Source: an uncultured bacterium (GTDB lineage Bacteria; SAR324; NAC60-12). From it: 64,000 bases of DNA. Position numbers and translations under genes: made by a program. The stretch covers positions 192,001-256,000 of the forward strand of contig CBFIGY010000002.1 of assembly GCA_965662235.1 (NCBI GenBank), given 5' to 3'. Below the pieces are notes generated by a model. The model searched no databases, was not told the origin of the DNA, and saw only the letters and a program-made list of their open reading frames with translations. Of this stretch, positions 1 through 7,727 are shown piece after piece (position 1 is the first letter of the stretch; each line of letters begins with the position of its first letter).

Positions 1-844
1 CCGACTGGGTCATGATCTGGTTCCGCGTGAACTGAGCCATCTCAGCCGCCATGTCGGTGTCACGGATCACCGACTCAGATGCCGTCAGGTTCTCCTGTGC
101 AATGCGGAGGCTGTTGAGGTTGCTTTCCAGAGTGTTCTTCTGGAAGGCACCCAGCTCACCCCGTGTAGACGCCACCTGCTCAATGGCCGCGTCAACGAGG
201 TTGATGGTGTCCTGAGCTCCTTGGGTGGAGGTCACGTCCACGTCTGCCAGAGAGGCAAATCCGCTGCTATTCTGCGTCGGGTTGATCGTCTTGACCGGCT
301 GTCCTCCGGAACGGTCGATCTTGACATCAAAGCCCAGCTTGGTGGTGTTCATGCTCGGCATGTCTACCTTGACGGTCTGTCCAGAGTTAGCCCCCACCTG
401 AAAAACCAGCTGCGGGTTGCTGCCGTCAAGCAGGTTCTTGCGAGCGTACTGGGTCGTGTTCGAAATCCGGTCAATGGCGGCCAGTGCGTTTTCGATCTCC
501 TGCTGGGAAGCTTCCCGCATGGCTTCGTCGTTGACGCCTTCGTTGGCTGCGGCCACCGCCTGCTGACGGATGTCCACCAGCAACCGACCCACTTCGTTCA
601 GAGCACCTTCTGCCGTCTGGACCATGGTCACGCCGGCTTCGTTGTTCCGGGTCGCTTGCTCCAAACCTGCAATCTGAGCCCGCATGTACTCCGAGACGAC
701 CAAAGACGCAGGACCGTCTGCCGCCTTGTTGATCTTCATTCCGGAAGACAAGCGCTCCAAGCTGTCGCTGGTGGCTTCGGTGTTCTTCATCAGGTTGCGG
801 TGAGCGTTGATGGCACTGGTGTTGTTGTTGATGCGAAGAGACAT
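1..844 (-). CDS. fliC: Flagellin, short form (about 300 aa), 3' end truncated by the window edge
   Basis: Manual minus-strand translation from ATG at 844: MSLRINNNTSAINAHRNLMKNTEATSDSLERLSSGMKINKAADGPASL...QTAEGALNEV...FQVGANSGQ...DTDMAAEMAQFTRNQIMTQS, containing both flagellin N- and C-terminal motifs. Missing from the ORF track because the stop is outside the window. Confidence 0.95.
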   Translation of the reverse strand, partial: MSLRINNNTSAINAHRNLMKNTEATSDSLERLSSGMKINKAADGPASLVVSEYMRAQIAGLEQATRNNEAGVTMVQTAEGALNEVGRLLVDIRQQAVAAANEGVNDEAMREASQQEIENALAAIDRISNTTQYARKNLLDGSNPQLVFQVGANSGQTVKVDMPSMNTTKLGFDVKIDRSGGQPVKTINPTQNSSGFASLADVDVTSTQGAQDTINLVDAAIEQVASTRGELGAFQKNTLESNLNSLRIAQENLTASESVIRDTDMAAEMAQFTRNQIMTQS

Positions 845-896
845 AGGAACCTTTTTCGGTAAAAAACCTTCTATTAACAATCCTTCATGGATGGAA

Positions 897-1064
897 GGTA
901 ACTCACTCCATGAGTTACCGGTCACTAGACGGGGGCTTCTTTTAAGAAGTGGCCACAACCGGAGCCTGGATCAATCCTTTTGACTCCGCCCCTGTTCTGA
1001 AACATGTGGCGATTCTTCAAGATGACCATCCTGGTCATCAAGGAAAGACCGTCGTCCATGACAG
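897..1064 (-). promoter_or_regulatory. Flagellin 5' leader with four GGA-loop hairpins (CsrA/RsmA-type sites)
   Basis: Minus-strand hairpins: CUGUC-AUGGAC-GACGG (1049-1064), GAUGACCA-GGA-UGGUCAUC (1021-1039), UCAA-AAGGA-UUGA (971-983), GGUAACUCA-UGGAG-UGAGUUACC (897-919). Confidence 0.7.
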
Positions 1065-1113
1065 TCCTCCCCTTCAAAAAACGGGAACGGGTTAAACCGG
1101 AACCGAGGCTGCC

Positions 1114-1449
1114 TCAGCAGCGAGTGGTGGCCAGCAGTTGCCGAAGCGCCTGGGCCGCCTGCTCCAGACGGAGCTGTTCCTGTTTCCTCTGTTCCTGAAG
1201 AAAGGCGTCCAGCTCCTCTCCCGCCAGTGTGAGGGGAACCACTTGGGCCTCCTTCACCAAACGGGTGGGCTGTTGCCGACTTCGGCGCAACCGGAGCGAA
1301 AGTCCGGAGCCTGTAAAACGATCAATGGTCTGGAGGGCCTCCTGAATCGCTGCAGACTCAGAATCCTGAAGACTCTGTGCATCTGCGGTTTCGCCCAAAG
1401 ACGATTCACGGAACTCCAGCTCCGAGAAGTTTGGGGAATCTTGCCACAT
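1114..1449 (-). CDS. Hypothetical 111-aa helical protein upstream of the flagellin
   Basis: ATG at 1449 is preceded by a strong AAAGGAG RBS. Q/E/L/A-rich, coiled-coil-like sequence. Confidence 0.55.
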   Translation of the reverse strand: MWQDSPNFSELEFRESSLGETADAQSLQDSESAAIQEALQTIDRFTGSGLSLRLRRSRQQPTRLVKEAQVVPLTLAGEELDAFLQEQRKQEQLRLEQAAQALRQLLATTRC

Positions 1450-1546
1450 GGCGTCTCCTTTCAGGTTACAGAAGCCCTTCTCCTGGAAGACAGAAGGTAC
1501 CGGGTCCATGGCGCGCTAAGCTCCCATGGAGAAGGGCAATACAAAA

Positions 1547-1573
1547 CAGTCGCTTACAGAAGAGTCTCCTTGA
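1547..1573 (-). promoter_or_regulatory. Possible degenerate sigma-28 promoter
   Basis: TCAA-N15-AGCGACTG versus consensus TAAA-N15-GCCGATAA. Only the CGA core of the -10 matches. Confidence 0.25.
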
Positions 1574-1634
1574 ACCAACACGTCCCTTGGAAACAAACCA
1601 AGGGGCCGTTTCAGGAAAAGCAAGGCGAGGTTCT

Positions 1635-3290
1635 CCGGCGGTTTGCCAGAGCACGGCCTCTTCTGAAAAAATCTCTTGGGCTTCTTGATTCCCAACCTCA
1701 CACCGCATTGGTGCAATTGAAGACAGGGTAAAGAACGCCCCGACGCTTTCGTCCTCGCTCCCTCCTAGAGGGAGGGATAGACGAAGGCCCGACACCTGCG
1801 GTTTGGACAGGTCGGACGCATCCAGAATCTGGATGACTCCGTTCAGCCGGCCTAGACGGCACACGACTTCAGGTCGCACTGACGTCTACACAGGCCCAAC
1901 TTTTCCTCATTCAGAACGCCTCAAGCTTCGCGGGGAAGGGTTCTGTGGACCCACTTGGGCCCAGACCTTCCTGAGGCTTCAGGGGCCCACTTCGTCCCGG
2001 TTAGTCGCCTTCACGACAAGTCAGCTCAGGAAGGCAGACTCTCTTTTCACGGGAGTCAGACCCACTTCGCCCCGGTTGACCTCCCTCGGAACAAGGGGAC
2101 GCAGAAAGGCCCGTTTCTCCTTCTGGGAGAACAAAGCCCCCCACGTCGATTCCGGGAGGACAAAGCCCCCCTTCGCCCGGCAAACTGCTGGGGATTTCCC
2201 GAAAAAATTCTGCCGGAAGGTCGAGGCTCCGCGGCATGGAGTTCCCCCACAAACGGTATCCCAGTACCGTTTCGAGTCAGTCGAGGCTCCGCGGCATGGA
2301 GTTCTCCCCACAACGGCGGTTCATCCCGGAACCCATGTCGGCGCACTGTCAAAGCTCCCAGGTTGGAATGATCCCGGAAACCCAGACTGGGCTGGATGGA
2401 GAACCCCAAGTAGCAACCCCGGTTTTCCCGAAAGAACACTCCTCCAGTCCTCAGGCGAAAGACGCCTCGGACCTCCCGATGGAGTTCGGCTTGAGCCCCT
2501 GACGGTTGGAATTCGCCCCGCTCCGCACACTCTGCGAACAGAGAACGGCGGACTCCGGCTGGGCGCACCAAGGCGCGCTTCTGCACGGCAGACGACTTCC
2601 CAACAGACCACCGTGAGGCCATGGAAACAGAGCCCGCCAGCAAAGGCTTCGGCGTGGCACCGTTCCTCGGTAGGCCCTCTGCTCCGCTCATTCGGCATTG
2701 ACCGAGAGCAGGTAGAGGCACCTTGCCGACTTTCCTATCGGAGAAGGATTCCCGAGCCTCAGCCGTGTGCTCCCCAGGAAAAGGCTTTTTCAGGACGCAG
2801 GAATCCCGGAAAGGCTCTTGAATGAGAAGATCCTTTTCGGCCTGCCCCGTCCGGAAGGCCGATGCATCCAAGGCACAAGCGTGCCTAGAGCGCAAGGAAG
2901 CTTCCGAAGCCATTCCCCGAGGACTCGTGATGCGTGAGAACAGGTCTCCTGAGTGAGAGTACAGGCGGTTCTGTCGCAGCATCCCACGGGTTGAGATCAC
3001 TGGATCTCCAGCCGAAGGGAGCTTTCGCCAATCCGTCAGATTCTCACTCACATGAAGCGGCATAAGCCTTCTCCAAGTCGGTTCCAGAAGTAGGGGTTCC
3101 GGGGGGTCCCGGAACCATCCTCACAAAACAGGGCGCAGCGCAACGCAAGGGGGACTCAGCCTCCTTCGGTGTGCGGCTCCCTGTTCCCAGAGGGGACCAT
3201 CGGATTCCATTCCGACGCCTTCAGAGTTCCGTATGAGGGTTGGGTAGAGATTCAGTTGTCAAAGAGCACATGGGCGACCTCCGGTGAGGG
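1635..3290 (+). ncRNA. Candidate large structured non-coding RNA (about 1.6 kb), family unknown
   Basis: No credible CDS. Many consecutive hairpins whose non-Watson-Crick pairs read as G-U on the + strand, nested 5'/3' end complementarity and internal repeats (see findings). Confidence 0.5.
2220..2311 (+). repeat. Direct repeat of about 31 bp, two copies, 60-bp period
   Basis: GTCGAGGCTCCGCGGCATGGAGTTC(C/T)CCCCAC at 2220 and 2280. Confidence 0.9.
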
Positions 3291-3292
3291 AG

Positions 3293-3316
3293 TGAGAGGG
3301 TCCATGACCCCTCTCA
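3293..3316. terminator. Hairpin overlapping the stop codon of the DUF1835-like gene
   Basis: TGAGAGG...CCTCTCA stem at the junction of the gene and the structured region. No clear U tract. Confidence 0.35.
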
Positions 3317-4330
3317 GGAAGCAGCAGTCGCTTGACAGAAAACGCCCTGTCCAGCGCTCCACCGCCAGTCGTGTTCAGGATGAAGGTGGACTCCTCCGAT
3401 CCAGTAGTCGTGTGCCTGCACCGCCAGCCAGTCGACCTGATCCCTCAGGACCGCCCAGCCCAGCTCCGTCAGCGAGGCCTGGAACTGCCGAAACGTCTCA
3501 TCCGGAAACGGTTCTCGGGGCACCGTGTAGAACGGCTCCGGCCCGGTCAGGTTCAGGAGAGGGAATTCAGCAGTTCCCAGAAGCGCAATCTGCCGCCAGA
3601 ACGACGCGTCTCCCATGAAACGGACGGGTTCTTGAGCCTGTGTGACTCGGAACAGGTCCACCACTCGATGGGTCCCTGCGGCAACGGCCTGCACAATCAG
3701 GTGTTGCGTCCGGGAAAGCCCTGTCTGGGCATCTGGATACTCCTGAGCAAAACGGAGCAAGCCATCCCGGAGAAAGGGCAGGGCCGTGAGGTCCTGTCGC
3801 AGAAAGCGACTGAATCGTTGAGGAGACGGCGCGGTCACGCACCGCCACCCTTCTTGTCCAAGAGCATGCTGCTCCCGCGTCAAAGCCTTCCGTTGCTGAA
3901 AGGCCTGCAGGAGCGCTGATTCCGAGGTCGAGCTTCCCAGATAATCCGCTAGGAAGACCACCGAAAGTGCTTTCAAAGAGCCGACTTCCCGACTCACTCC
4001 GCTTGGAGGTGCCGGAAGCATTGGGAGGATCTGCAGCAACTGAAGCTGGTCGTAGAGCTCAAAGCTGTTCCAGATCACCACTTCTTCTTCTGAGGCCACG
4101 GCTTCCGAGAGGGTTTCGTCTCGAAGACGGAACTGTTCCCGGGCGTTCTCCTCAGAATCCCATCCGCACGCCGCCAGAAAGCGGGCGCGAGTCTCATTCA
4201 ACTGTTCCGGAGGCAAACCTCCGGGGACCGGGCCGTCATGGAGGACGTCCCGCCAACTCAAGAAGCGCCCAGGCACGCCTGCTGCGCGTAAAACCGTTTC
4301 GGCACAATCGCCGTTGATCAGGTGCAACAT
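3314..4330 (-). CDS. DUF1835-domain-like protein
   Basis: N-terminus MLHLINGDCA...WRDVLHDGPVP, plus ELYDQLQL, GLSRTQ and FMGDASF motifs typical of this family. Start placed at ATG 4330. Confidence 0.75.
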   Translation of the reverse strand: MLHLINGDCAETVLRAAGVPGRFLSWRDVLHDGPVPGGLPPEQLNETRARFLAACGWDSEENAREQFRLRDETLSEAVASEEEVVIWNSFELYDQLQLLQILPMLPAPPSGVSREVGSLKALSVVFLADYLGSSTSESALLQAFQQRKALTREQHALGQEGWRCVTAPSPQRFSRFLRQDLTALPFLRDGLLRFAQEYPDAQTGLSRTQHLIVQAVAAGTHRVVDLFRVTQAQEPVRFMGDASFWRQIALLGTAEFPLLNLTGPEPFYTVPREPFPDETFRQFQASLTELGWAVLRDQVDWLAVQAHDYWIGGVHLHPEHDWRWSAGQGVFCQATAAS

Positions 4331-4504
4331 GGCCTCTCTTTCACATCCGGAAAGACGGGCGTCCTTGCACAGCTGGGTGTGCCGCTCCTCCATGAGCGGC
4401 AGCGAGTCGCACGGAGGAACAGCGTTCCGGTGATCGTACGACTGCGCACGAGAGAAGGGCCTTTCAGCAGACCCCTCTTGCGGAAGAGGCTTCCGTAAAC
4501 CGCT

Positions 4505-6046
4505 TCAGGTGAAGCAGGAAGCGCTCATGAGCGGTGGCTCCTCGGGGTAGCGGACCGGGAACGGCAGGCGTTCCAGAATGTCGCGATGGAGGTCCACCCC
4601 AGGAGCGATTTCCATGAGTTCCAGAACCGGCTCACCGCGGGCTCCAGCAGACGGATTCAGGCGGAAAACTGCGCGCTCCGTCAGGTACAGGACCGGCTGC
4701 CCTCGCTCTTGGGCATACGCTCCACTGAAGGTCACCTGCTCCACTTCCGGAACCCACTTGGGAATCCCCTCTTGGACAATCCGGAGTCTTCCGGATGACA
4801 CCTCAAGCTGGGCTCCTGCTGAGAAGGTTCCCACGAAGTAAAGCGCCTTGGCGTTTTGGCTGATGTTGATGAACCCACCAGCCCCGGCCAATTTGGGACC
4901 AAACTTACTCACATTGACGTTTCCCTGGGCATCACACTGAGCCATGCCAAGGAAGGCCTGATCGAGTCCGCCCCCGTCGTAAAAATCGAACTGGTACGGC
5001 TGATCAATGATCGACTCCGGATTCGTCACTGCTCCAAAGCTCAGCCCGGAGGCAGGCAGTCCGCCAATGCCTCCCGGCTCAACTGTCATCGTGATCGCTG
5101 ACAACACCCCGTTTTCTGATGCAACGGAAGCGATGCCTTCCGGCATGCCGATCCCTAAGTTCACCACTGCCCCTGGACGCAGCTCCTGCGCCGCTCGGCG
5201 AGCGATGACCTTGCGCTCATCCAGCGCCAGCCGCGGCAGAGACGTCAAGGGACGACGGACCTCTCCGCAGTAGGCGGGATTGAAAGCTTCTAAGAGCGTC
5301 TGCGCGTGATACGCCGGGGGCGCCTCCACCACACAGTCCACCAAAATGCCCGGCACCTTCACCATCTGTGGGGAAAGCCGGTGCTGCTCGGTGATCCGCT
5401 CCACTTGCACGATGACCACGCCTCCGGAATTCCGGACCGCCTGCGCAATGGAAAGGGCTTCCAGCGTCAGGGCTTCGCGCTCCATCGTAATGTTTCCGGC
5501 CGGATCCGATGTGGTTCCTCGGATCAACGCCACCTGAAGAGGGAAAGCCGGATAGAACAGCCACTCCTGTCCCCGCAACGAGACCACTTCCACTAAGTCC
5601 TCCGTGGAGCGGTCGTTGAGTTTTCCACCCTCCAGACGCGGATCAACAAAGGTTCGGAGCCCCACATGCGTGAGCACCCCTGGTTTGTTGCCCGCAATGG
5701 CTCGGTACAGGTGCGTAATGACTCCTTGCGGAAGACAGTACGCCTCCAGTTCGCCCCGCAGGGCCATCTGTCCGAGCTTGGGGACCAATCCCCAGTGTCC
5801 GCCAACGACGCGACGCACCATGCCCGGGTGGGCAAAGTGGTTCACGCCAGCCTGCTGGCCGTCTCCCTGCCCGGCGGCATACACCACCGTTAGGTCGCGG
5901 GGAGACCCGGACGCCAAGAACTGCTCCTCAAGCCCCGTCAGTAGGTACTCGGGGGACCCCGTGGCCACAAAGCCACCGGTCACCACCGTGTCTCCGGAGC
6001 GGATGCGCTGAAGGGCTTCCTCCCGCGAGACAATTTTGGATTTCAT
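4505..6046 (-). CDS. Acyl-CoA:acetate/propionate CoA-transferase (YdiF/Pct family, fused alpha-beta)
   Basis: [32 protein letters not shown], catalytic E in [23 protein letters not shown]. Confidence 0.92.
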   Translation of the reverse strand: MKSKIVSREEALQRIRSGDTVVTGGFVATGSPEYLLTGLEEQFLASGSPRDLTVVYAAGQGDGQQAGVNHFAHPGMVRRVVGGHWGLVPKLGQMALRGELEAYCLPQGVITHLYRAIAGNKPGVLTHVGLRTFVDPRLEGGKLNDRSTEDLVEVVSLRGQEWLFYPAFPLQVALIRGTTSDPAGNITMEREALTLEALSIAQAVRNSGGVVIVQVERITEQHRLSPQMVKVPGILVDCVVEAPPAYHAQTLLEAFNPAYCGEVRRPLTSLPRLALDERKVIARRAAQELRPGAVVNLGIGMPEGIASVASENGVLSAITMTVEPGGIGGLPASGLSFGAVTNPESIIDQPYQFDFYDGGGLDQAFLGMAQCDAQGNVNVSKFGPKLAGAGGFINISQNAKALYFVGTFSAGAQLEVSSGRLRIVQEGIPKWVPEVEQVTFSGAYAQERGQPVLYLTERAVFRLNPSAGARGEPVLELMEIAPGVDLHRDILERLPFPVRYPEEPPLMSASCFT

Positions 6047-6289
6047 GGTGCCTTTCTAGAGAAAGCGGGATTCCATGAAAATAATATTTTTTGGAAACAC
6101 TCCCAGCACTCCAGGGAGTCCTCCTCTTCAGCAAGGAAGTTGAGAGCGTCCATGCGGGCGCATCGACTCCTGCCGCCCGTCAGGGAGCCTTTGAAGGTAC
6201 GGCACCCTGCGGTCGTTTTGATCTTTTTCGGCACTCCTCCTGCATTCTTTTCTGTCAGGAAAAGAGCAGGTCTTTTTCCTCGAGCCTCT

Positions 6290-6940
6290 TTACAAAGAGG
6301 CCGGTTCTGCTGGGACTCCGTCAGGAGCGCTGTGCTCCTTCCACAGGTACCAGCACCCGACGGTACGCCAGGGTTGCCAAGCGGTTGCTTGCTGCCGAGC
6401 GTGCGACTGCCACCCCGTCTCCGGGAAGTCGTACAAGCGGCGAAAAGCAGCACCAATGGCCGCGTCTCCGAGCGGCAACACGTCCGGACGGTTCAGTGCA
6501 AAGATGAGGTACATCTCTGCCGTCCAGCGGCCGATCCCCTTGACCTCGGTCAAGGCCGTCACCAGGTCTTCATCGCTCAAGCGATGCAACGCCTCCGTGG
6601 TCAAGCCTCCGGAGGAGAAGGCGTCTGCAAGTGCCCGGAGGTAGCGGACCTTGGACCGAGAGAGGCCCACGTTCCGGAGTACCTCATCTTCCAGAGCAAG
6701 CAAGGGCTCCGGAGTGGGCAACTCGTTGGGGAAAAGGCTACGGAACCGTGTCCGCAGCACCTTTGCCACCTTATTGGAAATCTGCTGGCCGATGATCGAA
6801 TCCGCCAGGGTGGCAAATCCACTCTCACCGGGTTCCAGCGTACAGGGCCCATGGCGCTGAATGACGGCGCCCAAGCGTGGGTCCTGCTGCTGCAGGTAAG
6901 CCTCAGCCGCAGCCCAGGGTCCTGCCAAGTCAGAGGTCAT
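6290..6940 (-). CDS. DNA-3-methyladenine glycosylase II (AlkA family, HhH-GPD)
   Basis: IIGQQIS, GLSRSK, HhH motif VKGIGRWTAEMYL, RPDVLPLGD, WQPWRT. Confidence 0.9.
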   Translation of the reverse strand: MTSDLAGPWAAAEAYLQQQDPRLGAVIQRHGPCTLEPGESGFATLADSIIGQQISNKVAKVLRTRFRSLFPNELPTPEPLLALEDEVLRNVGLSRSKVRYLRALADAFSSGGLTTEALHRLSDEDLVTALTEVKGIGRWTAEMYLIFALNRPDVLPLGDAAIGAAFRRLYDFPETGWQSHARQQATAWQPWRTVGCWYLWKEHSAPDGVPAEPASL

Positions 6941-6967
6941 GCCCGCCTCCTGGAAGGTCGGGGCTTC

Positions 6968-7681
6968 TTAAAAGTTGTACCCCACGGCAAACTGAATGAT
7001 CGAAGCATTGAGCTGGTACGTTTCGGCATACTTCTCGGCTTCGGCTTCTTTGTCCGCATCTGTGACGGAAGTCTCGCTGGAGGTCACGGTCACAGAGCCC
7101 GAGGGTTCATAAGCAGAACTGGTCCACGGCACCAGCGTGGTCAGTCCCAGGGAAAGCCCATTGCGGGCCTGCCAGTTGACTCCAAGCCCATACATGGGGA
7201 TGGAGATCGGATCGCGGGAAATCTTCACGGTCATATCTGCCGTGTAGGAGGTGTTCCCGATCGTGCGACTTCGCTTGTCAAAACGCAGGGTCTCGGTCAC
7301 CGCGTTGGCAGTGTCCATCTTCCCTACGGAGAAAAAGAAAGGCCCCCAGAAACTGAGGCGAACCTCCGTGATGGTACGGGCCTGTTCTTCATAAAGGTCA
7401 TATTCCAAACCGTCGGCGGCGGGATCGGTGTAGTGCTTCAGAGTCGTCCGATCGCCCGCAACGGCTTTTTCTGAATACGCGCCGAGCGAGCTGAACCCTA
7501 GGTAGATGGTATCGGTAAAGTGATACCCTAGGGAAACACCGCCCCCGGACTGAGTCAGCAGCTGAATTTGAATGTTGCGCTTCTCCCGTAACGGAGCCTG
7601 AGACCCCCGGTCTTCCTGAGCGTGAGCCCAAGTGCCGAGGCACAGCAGCCCCAGAAGGAGCGCAAGGAATCGTTGAGGCAT
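6968..7681 (-). CDS. Probable outer-membrane beta-barrel protein
   Basis: Signal peptide (AHA-QE), amphipathic strands, C-terminal beta-signal AVGYNF. Confidence 0.65.
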   Translation of the reverse strand: MPQRFLALLLGLLCLGTWAHAQEDRGSQAPLREKRNIQIQLLTQSGGGVSLGYHFTDTIYLGFSSLGAYSEKAVAGDRTTLKHYTDPAADGLEYDLYEEQARTITEVRLSFWGPFFFSVGKMDTANAVTETLRFDKRSRTIGNTSYTADMTVKISRDPISIPMYGLGVNWQARNGLSLGLTTLVPWTSSAYEPSGSVTVTSSETSVTDADKEAEAEKYAETYQLNASIIQFAVGYNF

Positions 7682-7727
7682 CGGCCTCCTCTTCTACAAT
7701 AAAGGTGTTGCCACTGCGTGCATCCGT

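Noticed and set aside
221..862. 213-aa + strand ORF
   Set aside because: Antisense shadow of the flagellin gene.
2220..2340. Mini-CRISPR array (31-bp repeat, 29-bp spacer)
   Set aside because: Only two copies, the spacer is itself a perfect hairpin, there is no AT-rich leader and no cas genes occur in the window.
1803..3063. Long ORFs 1803-2825 (+) and 2056-3063 (-)
   Set aside because: R/P/S/G-rich, no motifs, no clear RBS, and mutually overlapping. Typical of spurious ORFs in GC-rich DNA, though not formally excluded.
2030..3180. c-di-GMP-I or glycine riboswitch fragments (GGCAAAC, CAAAGC, CCGAAGG)
   Set aside because: Only isolated short words match. Their order and partner motifs (e.g. 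a correctly placed CUCUCAGG) are missing.
1700..3240. 16S rRNA, RNase P, tmRNA or group II intron identity for the structured region
   Set aside because: The length is 16S-like, but the universal signatures (AGAGTTTGATC, GTGCCAGCAGCCGCGG, GAGGAAAGTCC, tRNA-like ends, domain V) were not found.
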